Shown: in pieces, positions 1-9,754 of the stretch
How the letters are laid out: every line of letters starts with the position of its first letter
Position numbering within the stretch: the first letter of the stretch is position 1
From: Planctomycetota bacterium
Lineage (GTDB): Bacteria > Planctomycetota > UBA1135 > UBA2386
Assembly (NCBI GenBank): GCA_965223545.1
Contig: OZ245006.1
Span: 6,048,001-6,112,000, forward strand
Length of the DNA stretch: 64,000 nt
Reading direction: 5' to 3'
Program-made: the position numbers and the translations under genes
The notes under the pieces: model-generated
The model's database searches: none
Seen by the model: only the letters and a program-made list of their open reading frames with translations
What the model was told of the DNA's origin: nothing

Positions 1-1
1 G

Positions 2-229
2 ATCACCGAGATCTACGCGGCGCGCGAGACCGACGCGCACCGTCGGTTGGCGTCCGCCGCCGGGTTGGCGGCCGCCGTGTGCGCCGCGGGCGGCCGCAGT
101 GCCGCGGCGGGGACGGTCGCCGAGCTGCCGGCGCGCGTCGCCGCCGAGTATCGCGCCGACGACGTGGTGGTCATCTTGGGCGCGGGAGACATCGAGCAGG
201 CGGTGGAGCATGTCGTTGCGCGACTCTGA
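2..229 (+). CDS. murC: UDP-N-acetylmuramate--L-alanine ligase, C-terminal fragment (runs off the left edge)
   Basis: The frame is open from base 2 and reads ITEIYAARE...DDVVVILGAGDI, a MurC C-terminal signature. It overlaps the murB start. Confidence 0.85.
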   Translation: MTEIYAARETDAHRRLASAAGLAAAVCAAGGRSAAAGTVAELPARVAAEYRADDVVVILGAGDIEQAVEHVVARL

Positions 230-1109
230 GCTGCGCAGTGCGCTGCAGCACGACCAGTGCGTGGTCCGTGAGAACGTGCCCCTGGCGCCGTTGACCCACG
301 TGCGGCTCGGCGGCCCGGCGCGCTTCTTTCTGGAGCCGCTGACCGAGACCGCGGTGGCGGTCGCGGTGCGCACTTGCCGCGAGCTCGAGATCCCGCTGCA
401 CACGCTGGGTGGCGGCAGCAACTTGGTCGTCGCCGACGCGGGGGTGTCGGGCGCGGTGATGTCGCTCGCCAAGCTCAGCCGCCTGGTGCGAGACGGCGAT
501 TCGATCGAGGCCGGTGCCGGCGTCGGCTTGCCGACGTTGATGCGCGCGGCGCGCGAGCTCGGCCTGGGCGGGCTCGAGGTCCTCTGCGGGATCCCCGCCG
601 TCGTCGGTGGCGCGGTGAAGATGAACGCGGGCACGCGCGACGGCGAGGTGTTCGACGTGCTCGCGCGGGTGACCATCGTCGACGCGCACGGCGAGGTCAC
701 GGTGGTCGAGCGCAGCGATTGCACGCCTTCCTACCGAAGCGGCGGACTCGGCGACGCCACCGTCTTGAGCGCGACGTTCGCGCTCTCAGAGGACGACCCC
801 GACGCGATCATGGCGCGGTTCGAGGCGTCGCTGCGCCGGCGCAACGCGACGCAGCCGGTGTCCGAGCGCAGCGTCGGCTGTGTGTTTCGCAACCCCGCCG
901 GCGGCTCCGCGGGCCAGCTCATCGAGCGCGCGGGGTGCAAAGCCATGCGCCGTGGCGGTGTCAGCGTGAGCGGCCTGCACGCCAACTACTTCGTCAACGA
1001 CCGATCCGGCACGTGCGCCGATTTCCGCGCGCTGATGGACGCAGTGGCCGAGCGAGTGTTGACCGAGACCGGGGAGCAGCTGGTTCCCGAAGTGGTCTTT
1101 TGGGAGTGA
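210..1109 (+). CDS. murB: UDP-N-acetylenolpyruvoylglucosamine reductase
   Basis: Motifs LGGGSNLVV, GIPAVVGGAVKMNAG, SVGCVFRNP, HANYFVN and LVPEV. ATG at 210. Confidence 0.95.
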   Translation: MSLRDSELRSALQHDQCVVRENVPLAPLTHVRLGGPARFFLEPLTETAVAVAVRTCRELEIPLHTLGGGSNLVVADAGVSGAVMSLAKLSRLVRDGDSIEAGAGVGLPTLMRAARELGLGGLEVLCGIPAVVGGAVKMNAGTRDGEVFDVLARVTIVDAHGEVTVVERSDCTPSYRSGGLGDATVLSATFALSEDDPDAIMARFEASLRRRNATQPVSERSVGCVFRNPAGGSAGQLIERAGCKAMRRGGVSVSGLHANYFVNDRSGTCADFRALMDAVAERVLTETGEQLVPEVVFWE

Positions 1110-1135
1110 GGGGGCGTCGCGGTGAGGGCGCGGTG

Positions 1136-1164
1136 AAGCGAGAAAAACGAGCCTGACACCGTAC
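1136..1164. repeat. Single copy of a REP-like extragenic repeat
   Basis: aagcgagaaaaacgagcctgacaccgtac matches the hairpin arm at 61372-61400 at 26/29 positions. It lies between convergent genes. Confidence 0.6.
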
Positions 1165-2154
1165 TTATCGTTTGAGGAGGATGGCGTCTTGGTGGGTGCC
1201 GTGGGCGTTGGTGAGGGTGCGCTCGGGCTGGAGGATGCGGCCCCAGGCGGCTTTGACGTAGTCGGTGTGGTGGAAGACGTTGGTGTTGAAGACGCGGGCG
1301 CGCGGATCGACGACGACGACCCGGTCGGTTGGCATCGGCGTGCCGAACAGCTCCGGTGTGACGGGGCGGCCGCCGAGCTGTGGAACGTGGTGGCGTTGCT
1401 CGGTGAGGTAGTGCGTGAGGAAGTGATCGGGGTGCGCCATCAGCTGCCAGGTGCGTTCCGAGTGGAAGGTGAGCAGGGCTCGCCCACCGGGGCGCAGGAC
1501 GCGCCGGAGCTCCAGCAGCCAGCCCTCTTCGTATTCGTCGATGTGGGTGAAGACCGAGAAGGCGCTGATCAGATCGAGGGAGCCGTCGGCGAACGGCAGC
1601 TGGGGCAGCACTGAGGTCTGCGCGACGATCGCGTTGGCCGGCAAGTGTTGCCGCGCCCAGGCCACGCTGTTTCGGTTGATCTCGGCGCCCAGCACGTGGG
1701 TGTCGGGGTGGGCGGCCGCGAAGTGGCGTAAGACCCTTCCGCTGCTGCAGCCGAGATCGAGGAAGCCGCGGTCCGGCACGCCGTCCGGCAACAGCTCGCT
1801 CAGCAGCAGGTAGTCGCCGACGCCACTGAGCCAGTAGGTCAGGTGCCGGTCGCCGTGATAGCCCTCGCGGTCACCCGGGCGCGGGATCGGCCAGGTGTCG
1901 CGCTCGATCCACGCGCGGATCTGCGCGGTCGACAGGGTGCGTACCTGCCGGGCGCTCTCGCACGGCGACAGGTAGGACAGGGCGAGGTCGATGGCCGTGG
2001 CGAGATCGACGCCGCGGTCGAGCTCGGCGCAGGCCGCGATCGGCGGCAGGGGCGTGCCGGGCGGTTCGGCTGGTTCGACCGTGATCGGCGTCGGGCCCGG
2101 CGGGGCGGAGCCGGGTGAGAGCCACTTGCGCAGGCGCGAACGGAGGAAGGCCAA
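1165..2154 (-). CDS. Class I SAM-dependent methyltransferase
   Basis: Motifs FLDLGCSSGRV, LPFADGSLDLISAFSVFTH and LRRVLRPGG. Confidence 0.85.
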   Translation of the reverse strand: MAFLRSRLRKWLSPGSAPPGPTPITVEPAEPPGTPLPPIAACAELDRGVDLATAIDLALSYLSPCESARQVRTLSTAQIRAWIERDTWPIPRPGDREGYHGDRHLTYWLSGVGDYLLLSELLPDGVPDRGFLDLGCSSGRVLRHFAAAHPDTHVLGAEINRNSVAWARQHLPANAIVAQTSVLPQLPFADGSLDLISAFSVFTHIDEYEEGWLLELRRVLRPGGRALLTFHSERTWQLMAHPDHFLTHYLTEQRHHVPQLGGRPVTPELFGTPMPTDRVVVVDPRARVFNTNVFHHTDYVKAAWGRILQPERTLTNAHGTHQDAILLKR

Positions 2155-2229
2155 GACCGCGACCAGAGTAGGCGGTGGGCACAGGGGTTGCGAAGCCCCG
2201 CGGTGCGATTGCCCTGCGCGGTCGCGGAC

Positions 2230-3390
2230 CTATGCGCGGCGGGAGCGCGCGAGCAGCGTCAGCCCGAGCGCGATCGCGCTGATCCAGCACAGGCGCAGGG
2301 CCCACTCCCCGCCGGTGGAAGGCATCCGGAGCGCATCGCGTCCGGCCGTCGCGGCGGTTGGTGCGTCGGTGACTTGTCCTGGCAACGCGCGCAGGCATGG
2401 ACTGTCGCTCTGCTGCAGGCGGTCGATGGCGCGCCGGCGCGTCTCCGCGCTGGCGCGGCCGAAGAGGGTCCAGACCGCGGCGATCGCCACTGGCTCCGAC
2501 ATCGCGATGTCGCGATCGGCGGCGGCGATCACCTCGGGCAAGACTTCGGCGTCGCCGCGCCGCACCAGAGCGGCCATCGCGGTGACCCGGGCTTCGTCGG
2601 TGGCGTACAGCAGCCGCTCGAGCGCGTCCGCCGCCGAGGGGGAGCGACTCAATGCGAGTTGCCGCGCCGCCTCGGCGCGGTCGGCGCCGCGCGCGCACCG
2701 TGCCGCCAACACCCAGGGGTCGCCGCGGTCAGCGGACCCTCCCGAGCGCGTCGCGAGCGCGACCAGCAGCATCGGCAGGGAGAGCCCACCTTCGCTGTGG
2801 CCAACGAGATCCGGCGCTCCGGCCGCCGTGGGCCGGGCGTAGGTCAACGGACCGCACATCGCCGGCCCCAGCCGCAGCAGGTGCGCCTTGGGATCGTCGT
2901 GGTCGGCGACTGCCGCGGTGTTGCCGACCAAAGCGGCGGTCTCGACGGCGGCAGCCGTCGTCGACGGGCGCAGGCCGAGCGACCGCAACCAGGCGAACAT
3001 CGCGTCGCGATCGCTGGCGTACCACTCCTCGCGGCCATCGGGCGTGGCGCGCAGGCGGATCGAGCAGCCGCCTTCGAGGGTGATGACTCCCTCGACGGCG
3101 GCGTCGGCGGGCGGGGTGACGGCCGCCGCGGTGGTCAGTCCGCGGTGGTCCGCGGTGATCTCCAGCGCCGCGGTCAGCCGTTCGACCGACAGCCCGGTGT
3201 GCGCGGCGAGCGCCTGCCGGCGGGCCCAGCTCCAAGCGCTCGGGCCGGCGTCGGTCGCCAGCTGCAGCTGCATCGACCGCAGCTGGGGTGCCTGGGCGGT
3301 CGCGGCCGACGCGACGGCGCACGCGATCGCCACCAGACCGGTTGCCCGCCTGTTGCCGACCCCCGGCGCGCTGCGCGGCGGCCGCGCCAC
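2230..3390 (-). CDS. Exported hypothetical protein with HEAT-like repeats and a C-terminal TM anchor
   Basis: Signal-like N-terminus, HEAT-like helices (ALERLL...ARVTAMAALVRRG) and a hydrophobic C-terminus. It overlaps the upstream stop codon by 1 nt. Confidence 0.6.
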   Translation of the reverse strand: MARPPRSAPGVGNRRATGLVAIACAVASAATAQAPQLRSMQLQLATDAGPSAWSWARRQALAAHTGLSVERLTAALEITADHRGLTTAAAVTPPADAAVEGVITLEGGCSIRLRATPDGREEWYASDRDAMFAWLRSLGLRPSTTAAAVETAALVGNTAAVADHDDPKAHLLRLGPAMCGPLTYARPTAAGAPDLVGHSEGGLSLPMLLVALATRSGGSADRGDPWVLAARCARGADRAEAARQLALSRSPSAADALERLLYATDEARVTAMAALVRRGDAEVLPEVIAAADRDIAMSEPVAIAAVWTLFGRASAETRRRAIDRLQQSDSPCLRALPGQVTDAPTAATAGRDALRMPSTGGEWALRLCWISAIALGLTLLARSRRA

Positions 3391-6300
3391 TACGACCTCG
3401 GCTCGTCTTCCAGGTCGAGGTCCCAGCCGTCGTCGCCGTCGGTGGCGACCGCTGCTTCGGCTTCGCCCTGTTCGGCTTCCGCGTCGAACACGGGCGCCGG
3501 CGCGTCTTCCAGCTCGGCGTCCTCGTCGTCGCCGTAGTCGCTGTCGTCGTCGTAGTCCTCGTAATCCTCGTCTTCGGCGCCGTCGTCGTAATCGCCTTCC
3601 AGGTCGTCCTCGTGCTCCGCGTGCGCTGCCTCGAGCTCGTCCTCTGCCTCGGCCCGTCGCCGGCTCCGGCGGCGGAGGAAGAACAGGCCGAACAGGCCCA
3701 CGACCAGCGCGGCGCCGCCGGCCCCGAGGGCCAGCGTGGTGCGCGACGGGGTCTTGCTCGCGGCACTGCCCGGGGTCGCGGGGGTAGTGCCGGCCTGCGC
3801 CGCCTCGATGCCGCGCACGGCCATCGCGGCCAGCGCGCGGAGCTGGCCATCCTCGTCGTCGGTCGCGCGGCGCTGCAGCTGCGGCAGCGCCGCCGTGGAG
3901 TGCGAGCCCAGCTCGGCGAGCCGCTGCATCGCGTAGCGCCGGACGGCGGCCGCGGGGTGGCCGGTGGCCTTGCCCAGCTCGGTCACCTCGGCCGGCGGTG
4001 CCAGCTTGGGCGACAAGACCTGGAACAGGTAGGCCAACGCCTTCATCTCGTGGGCGTCCTCTGCCCGCACACTTGCCGCGGCGGGGGCCAAGCAGGCCGC
4101 GTCGCCGATGTCGGCCAGCGCCACCAGCGCGGCGACCCGGTCGCGCCGGTCACTGCCCGCCTCGCGCTCCAGCAGCGCCAGCAGGCCTTCGATGGCCTCG
4201 GTGGCTCGCAGCTGGCCGAGGGTGTTGGCGGCCAGCGTTCGCAGCGCTGCGTTGTTGCTGAGCAGCCCCTGGATCACGGCCTTGCTCGATCGCTGGTCGG
4301 CGATCTTGTTGAGCGCGACCATCGCCTGCAGCCGCACGGCCTCTTCGGGATGCGCGGTGAGCGCCTCGCACAGGTCGGGCACGGCGTCGAGAGCGCGCAG
4401 CTCGCCGAGTGCGAAGGCGGCCCGGCAGGCGACGGCGGGGTTGCTGTGGTGCAGGGCGTCGACGACGCGCTGCGGCACGGTGGCGATGCCGCGTTGCTCG
4501 GCCTGCAGAATCGCGCTGAACAGCTCGGTGGAGTCGGCGTGCTCCTCGATGTTGGTCTGCTCGAGGTCGCGCCAGCCGGGCACCATCGAGCCGCCGAACC
4601 GGCCGTCCAGATAGAGGTCGGTCAGCGCCGCGGTCCGCATGCCGAGCGCGGCGGCGATGGCGTCGTTGCCGAGCAGCGGTCGGTTGGGCAGTGAAGCGAG
4701 CACGGTACCGGTGCGTTCGCGGCTGGGCCACGCGAGCACGGCGAAGTAGCGCTCGTCGGCCGTCATCACCTGGTGCATCAGGTACTCACCCGTGCGGAAG
4801 ACACCGTTGTGCTCGGTGGGCAGCAACGCTTCCTGCAGCACGAGGTCGTCCTTGCGCAGCATCTCGAGCGAGGCGAACCGCTCCCGCTCCGTCCACAGCG
4901 CGCGTTGGTTGGAGTGAATACGCAGCAGCGCGGTGCGCACCGACTCGGTCGGCGTCACCGCTTGTTGCCGCAGCGCCTCCTGCCGGGCCGCCATCAGCGA
5001 AGGCATCGCCACCGCGCCGGCCACTGCCAGCCCGCCGGCGGCGTAGATGTTGCCGATGGGCGAGGCGGAGGTCAGCACGACCTCGCGGTCGTCGATCGCC
5101 AACCGGTATTCGGCGTGCCCTTCGATGCGATCGAACTCCTGCGCCAAGGTCTGCACCGCGATCGGGTCCAGGCCGGTGTCGGAGCCGAGGATTGCAGTGC
5201 TCAGCGAGCGCATCGCTTCGCGCAGCGAAGTGCGGCTCACCGAGGTCGTGCCCGGCGGCAGCGTCGCCAGCAGCTCGAGCGCTTCGGAGTTGTCGCGCGG
5301 CTGTTGCAGCTGGTCCAGCGCGGTGTTCATCGTGCGCTCGTTGGCGGCGAACACCAGGTGGTTGTCGGTGAACGAGAGCTGCGGGGCGAAGCCGGGGGGC
5401 AATCCCAACCCGGCGTCGAGCAGGCTGTACACCGTGTTGTCGGCCCGGTCGCGGGTCGACGGGCTGGCTCCCATGCGCTCGAGCAGTCGCTGGAAGGTGC
5501 CGTGCAGACGCTCGGAGTTGCGCAGCTCGAGCAACATCGCGAACTCGGTCGCGTCCTCTTCACCCGGCCACTGCAACGACACGACCTGGTGGCCCAGGGG
5601 CTCCAGGACGTCGGCTTCCAAGCGGATGCCGAGGGCGCCACGCATCCCCTCCAGCGCTTCCTCGGCCATGTCCGCGGCGCGAGGTTCGGCGACGCGCAGT
5701 AGCGCCAGGAGCTGCTCGTAGACGGCGATTGCGTCGATGTGCGCGACCGAGAACGCGCTCACGTCGGGGGGAATCAGGTGCCCCGTGGTTGGCTTGACGG
5801 GCGTCCCCGGTCCGAGCAACGCGCCGAGCAGACCGCGCCTGGGGGCCGGATACGCGAGCCGAAGCTCGTCGCGCAGCAAGCCGTCGCGCGCGTGCACCGT
5901 GAAGCTGATGTCGGCGATCTGATCGAGCTCGAGCGCGCCGACGACGCGTTCGGCGTCGGCGTCGCCCACCATGGCCAGCGCATGCGCGACGATCGCATCG
6001 AAGCGGGCGTAGATCGCCAGCAGAGGTGCACCGCTGCCGGTGGCGCGGGTGACGAAGCTGCGGTAGCCGTCGCCTGCGCCGATCCCATCGTCGGCCGGCC
6101 GAAATCCGGACAGCACGTTCTGCACCAGGCTGGCGGTCGTGCCGGCCACCAGCCGGCCCTCGTGCACGGCGAGGATGATCGGGGCCTCGTCGAGCGTCGA
6201 CCACATCGAGATGCCGTCGAGGTCGGTCGCCTGCAGGGAGGCGTCGGCGCCCTGGGTCGCGTTGTCGAGCGCGGCGGCGACCGCCTCGCTGTGCGCGCCC

Positions 6301-6677
6301 AGGTTGAGCTGTAGTAGGCCGCCGATGCCGCGCGCGTCGTCCGGCACCACCGCGAGCGCACCACCGCCGGCGAGGATCTCGGTGACCGCGTCGCGATCCA
6401 GGCCGACCGCGTCTTGCACTCCCTCGAGCAGCGGAGCCATCGCATCCTGCAGATCGAAGGCACCGTTCAAGGTGCTGACGATGTGGAACAGGCTCGTGCT
6501 GCGCAGCTGTTCGAAGTGGGGCACGACGTCGTCGAGCGCCGCGAACAGCAGCGTGTCTTGCGGCAGTACCGCACCCCAGCGCTCCAGCGGTGAGGGCTGC
6601 GGCGCCGGGTCCTGTTGTGCCGGTGAGCTGGCCCCGAGGAGGGCGACGAGGCACGCGGCCTTCATGTGCATTGCCAT
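3390..6677 (-). CDS. Large exported protein: DUF3352-like region, internal pilin-like segment, HEAT repeats, TM helix and acidic tail
   Basis: Signal peptide MKAACLVALLGASSPAQ; internal GGLAVAGAVAMPSLMAARQEA; repeated AAFALGEL/AANTLGQL HEAT motifs; TM followed by RRRSRRR; D/E-rich tail. The start could be 6677, 6671 or 6665. Confidence 0.7.
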   Translation of the reverse strand: MAMHMKAACLVALLGASSPAQQDPAPQPSPLERWGAVLPQDTLLFAALDDVVPHFEQLRSTSLFHIVSTLNGAFDLQDAMAPLLEGVQDAVGLDRDAVTEILAGGGALAVVPDDARGIGGLLQLNLGAHSEAVAAALDNATQGADASLQATDLDGISMWSTLDEAPIILAVHEGRLVAGTTASLVQNVLSGFRPADDGIGAGDGYRSFVTRATGSGAPLLAIYARFDAIVAHALAMVGDADAERVVGALELDQIADISFTVHARDGLLRDELRLAYPAPRRGLLGALLGPGTPVKPTTGHLIPPDVSAFSVAHIDAIAVYEQLLALLRVAEPRAADMAEEALEGMRGALGIRLEADVLEPLGHQVVSLQWPGEEDATEFAMLLELRNSERLHGTFQRLLERMGASPSTRDRADNTVYSLLDAGLGLPPGFAPQLSFTDNHLVFAANERTMNTALDQLQQPRDNSEALELLATLPPGTTSVSRTSLREAMRSLSTAILGSDTGLDPIAVQTLAQEFDRIEGHAEYRLAIDDREVVLTSASPIGNIYAAGGLAVAGAVAMPSLMAARQEALRQQAVTPTESVRTALLRIHSNQRALWTERERFASLEMLRKDDLVLQEALLPTEHNGVFRTGEYLMHQVMTADERYFAVLAWPSRERTGTVLASLPNRPLLGNDAIAAALGMRTAALTDLYLDGRFGGSMVPGWRDLEQTNIEEHADSTELFSAILQAEQRGIATVPQRVVDALHHSNPAVACRAAFALGELRALDAVPDLCEALTAHPEEAVRLQAMVALNKIADQRSSKAVIQGLLSNNAALRTLAANTLGQLRATEAIEGLLALLEREAGSDRRDRVAALVALADIGDAACLAPAAASVRAEDAHEMKALAYLFQVLSPKLAPPAEVTELGKATGHPAAAVRRYAMQRLAELGSHSTAALPQLQRRATDDEDGQLRALAAMAVRGIEAAQAGTTPATPGSAASKTPSRTTLALGAGGAALVVGLFGLFFLRRRSRRRAEAEDELEAAHAEHEDDLEGDYDDGAEDEDYEDYDDDSDYGDDEDAELEDAPAPVFDAEAEQGEAEAAVATDGDDGWDLDLEDEPRS

Positions 6678-6858
6678 CGATCCCAAGTGGCTGAGGTTCC
6701 GTCCACTTGGTCCTATCGGGTGTCGGTCGCTCTCCCCTTCAGCCAAGCTGGAGGTTCGTAAAGTGACCCAGGGGAGGGTGTCGATATCGGATCGGGCGGT
6801 CCATCTCGGGCCGGCACCTTGGACCATGAGGGAGAACTCGGCAACCACGCACGATCCG

Positions 6859-8529
6859 ATGCCATCGGAGGTGAGCAGCGTCGACGGTCCGCCCGGGGCC
6901 GCCGTGCCGGCCGCCGGATCGGCGGGCTACGAGATCGAATCGGTGGTCGAGATCGAGGATGTTTGGGGTCCCGGCACGTTGCTGCTGGCCAGCGGCGCGC
7001 TCGGCCTGGCGACGGGAGGTGCGGCGTTCCTGCTGCCCCCCGCCGTCGCAGCAGCCGCCGGCGCGGTTGCAGCGGCGGGTGCCGCCGCCCTGTTCTTCCG
7101 GCATCGTCGCGTTCTGCGCCGCGAGTACCTGGGGCCCATTGCCCACGCTGTCGGCGTGATGGAACGGTTCGACCTGCGTGCCCCGGCCGAGCTGCGCGCC
7201 GAGGGCGCGCCCCTGGTCCGGTCGCTGGTGCAGTCGGTGGTCCACGCGCGCGCGGCGATGGTGCAGCGCGAGCGTCTCAGCCAGGCCAACCTGATGTCGG
7301 TCGAGAGCGCGTTCGACCGGATCCACGCCGTGCTGCAGTCGTTGGGCGAAGGCGTCGTGTTGGTGGATGCGCAGGGCCGGGTGATCTTGGCCAACGCGTG
7401 CGCGCGGCGGATCATGCTCAGCGACGGCCGCCCGTTCGAGGGGCGCGAAGTCGGCGAGCTCCTGCCGCCGCGCTTGGCGCGGGTGGTGCGCCGCGGCTTG
7501 GACGCGGTCGGCGGCGATGCTGCGTCGCCGACGTCGGAGCTCAGCGGCCTGCAGGTCGGTAGCCGCTACTACGACATCGCCGTGGTCCGGGTGGAGGGCA
7601 AGGACCAGTCCGGCACGCTGGGGACGGTGATCAGCCTGATCGACGTGACCCGCAACCACGAGATCGCGCGACTCAAAGAAGAGTTCTTGTCGTCGATTTC
7701 GCACGAGCTGCGGACGCCGCTGACCAACATCTGCGCGTTCACCGAGATTCTCGAGGGGGTCACCCCGAACAACGACAACGACTGGCGCGAGTTCCTCGGC
7801 ATCGTGCAATCGGAGAGCCAGCGCCTGATGGACCTCGTCGACGACATCCTGCAGCACAGCAGGCTGATGCGCGGCGAGAAGGACGTCGTCTTGGAGCACG
7901 TCGACGTCGGTGAGGTGATGCAGACCGTCACCGGCCTGTTCGGCGCCCGCACCGAGGCCTCGGGGGTCGAGCTGCAGGTGCGCGCCGCGGCGGACGAGAT
8001 CGTCGCCCTCGGCGATCACGACGCGATGCGCCAGGTGTTGTCTCGCTTGGTCGACAACGCGCTCAAGTTCACGCCGGCCGGGGGCACGGTCGTGGTCGGC
8101 GCCAAGACCACGGAAGCGTCGGTCGAGGTGTTCGTCGAGGACTCGGGGCGGGGCATTCCGGCCGAGTACCACGAGTGTGTGTTCGAGGGCTTCCGGCAGA
8201 TCGGCGACCACATGACGGACAAGCCGTCCGGCGCCGGCCTGGGGCTCTCGATCTGTCGCAGCCTGGTCAATCTGATGGGCGGCCACATCTGGTGCTCCAA
8301 CGCCGAGCTCGGCGGTGCGCGGCTGACGTTCGTCGTGCCGCGCGCAGGCGTCGGGGCGGACCGCGTCGACGATGACGTTGTCGCGTCCGACGCCGCGCCG
8401 GACCTCGATGCGATCCCGGCGCCGTTGTCGGCCGAGGCCGACGACAGCGTTGTCGACTCCGCCAACGCCGAGCAACTCGAGGTGGAGCAGGTCGCGCCGG
8501 CCGAACGCAACGACCCGACCGACGACTGA
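6859..8529 (+). CDS. PAS-domain sensor histidine kinase
   Basis: Two TM helices, PAS (EGVVLVDAQGRVILAN), H-box SISHELRTPL, N-box LVDNALKFT, G boxes DSGRGI and GAGLGLSI. The start could also be 6826. Confidence 0.9.
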   Translation: MPSEVSSVDGPPGAAVPAAGSAGYEIESVVEIEDVWGPGTLLLASGALGLATGGAAFLLPPAVAAAAGAVAAAGAAALFFRHRRVLRREYLGPIAHAVGVMERFDLRAPAELRAEGAPLVRSLVQSVVHARAAMVQRERLSQANLMSVESAFDRIHAVLQSLGEGVVLVDAQGRVILANACARRIMLSDGRPFEGREVGELLPPRLARVVRRGLDAVGGDAASPTSELSGLQVGSRYYDIAVVRVEGKDQSGTLGTVISLIDVTRNHEIARLKEEFLSSISHELRTPLTNICAFTEILEGVTPNNDNDWREFLGIVQSESQRLMDLVDDILQHSRLMRGEKDVVLEHVDVGEVMQTVTGLFGARTEASGVELQVRAAADEIVALGDHDAMRQVLSRLVDNALKFTPAGGTVVVGAKTTEASVEVFVEDSGRGIPAEYHECVFEGFRQIGDHMTDKPSGAGLGLSICRSLVNLMGGHIWCSNAELGGARLTFVVPRAGVGADRVDDDVVASDAAPDLDAIPAPLSAEADDSVVDSANAEQLEVEQVAPAERNDPTDD

Positions 8530-8533
8530 GCCT

Positions 8534-8583
8534 CCGGCGCCTCGAATCTTCGAGCTTCGACAACATTCTCGAGGCGACGTCGC
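8534..8583 (+). repeat. Left copy of a 50-bp imperfect inverted repeat
   Basis: 46/50 identical to the reverse complement of 9698-9747. It is internally palindromic (cgcctcga...tcgaggcg). Confidence 0.85.
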
Positions 8584-8797
8584 TGTCATGGCAAGGTCGC
8601 CGCTGCGCCGGAGGCTCGGAGAGACAGTGCCTCCTGGCTCAGCGCGGCGGCGGATGGGGCAGGCTTTCCAAGCCGCTCCGACACAAGCGGCATCCGAGTT
8701 TGGTTGCGGCCGTGGCCGCGCTGAGGCTCGATGCCCGGCGTAAGGACGTTGGACGTGGAGAGTCGCGGGCTCCCCTGACCGCGACCGGGTGCCGGGT

Positions 8798-9598
8798 CTA
8801 CTTCGGCAAGTCCTCGAGAAGCCGAGCCAGTTCGTCCCATTCCGTTCCCGTCGGCACGTGGCCGCCCACCATGACGACTACCGGCCATCCCCGAGCCTTC
8901 GCTCGTGCCGCAAACGGCGCGAAGTCGTCATCCGCCTCGTCCACGCCCGCCTCGACCGTCAAGATGTACTTCCCCGGGATCGCGCGCGCCGCCGGATTGT
9001 CGAGCGTGAGTTCTTCGGTAAGCGTACGAACCGGTTGTGGAGTACGACGATCTTGCCCCGTAGCGACTTCAGCTCCACCCGGCGGGCCTGGCGGAGCGAT
9101 CAGGCCGTCCTTTGCGGATGCGACCAAGTGTTTGCGGAATGCTTCTCTCTTCTGTCCCCGCGAAGCGGTGATCAGACTCTCCCCGTTTTCCGGTAGGAAG
9201 GCGTCGACGAAGATCAAGCACCGGATCCGTTCCGGGATCCGATCAGAGACCCCCTGAGGCACCATACCGCCATAGCTGTGAGCGACGAGTACAACGTCGT
9301 TCAAGTCTTCAAAGACAATTGTATTGACGACGTCTTCGATGTGCGTGCTCAGGCCCACTTCGGGCGTGGAGAGATGCACGCGTTCACCAAGTCCAGTCAA
9401 AGTCGGCCTGTAGACGGTGTGTCCACGCGCGGTGAGAGCTGACTCCAAAGGCGTGTAAGCCCAGCCGCCTCCCCACGCGCCGTGGACAACGACGTACGTG
9501 TGGTGGTCTTCGGCGTTCGCTGTGGAGTTGGAGGTCGCTGAACAGGAGACGAGGGCGGTCAGCACACCAAGTGCCGCAGCGGCGCTTCTGAGATTCAT
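8798..9598 (-). CDS. Alpha/beta-fold hydrolase (esterase), probable lipoprotein
   Basis: VVVHGAWGGGW, nucleophile elbow AHSYGG, C-terminal GGHVP, lipobox-like LVSC, and a GAGG RBS. Confidence 0.88.
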   Translation of the reverse strand: MNLRSAAAALGVLTALVSCSATSNSTANAEDHHTYVVVHGAWGGGWAYTPLESALTARGHTVYRPTLTGLGERVHLSTPEVGLSTHIEDVVNTIVFEDLNDVVLVAHSYGGMVPQGVSDRIPERIRCLIFVDAFLPENGESLITASRGQKREAFRKHLVASAKDGLIAPPGPPGGAEVATGQDRRTPQPVRTLTEELTLDNPAARAIPGKYILTVEAGVDEADDDFAPFAARAKARGWPVVVMVGGHVPTGTEWDELARLLEDLPK

Positions 9599-9697
9599 GT
9601 CGGAGTCCTCGCCATGGCCTAGAGCGGGGTGGCGTGCAGTGAGTCTAACTTCCACGGCGGTGCCCCTCCACCCGGCGGCGCGCGGCTGGCCTTCTCG

Positions 9698-9747
9698 GCG
9701 ACGTCGCCTCGAAGATGTTGTCGAAGCTCGACGGTTCGAGGCGCCGG
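9698..9747 (-). repeat. Right copy of the 50-bp imperfect inverted repeat
   Basis: Inverted partner of 8534-8583. Confidence 0.85.
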
Positions 9748-9754
9748 GACGCTG

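Noticed and set aside
8534..9747. Integron attC cassette
   Set aside because: The repeats are inverted relative to each other, lack RYYYAAC/GTTRRRY boxes, and there is no intI.
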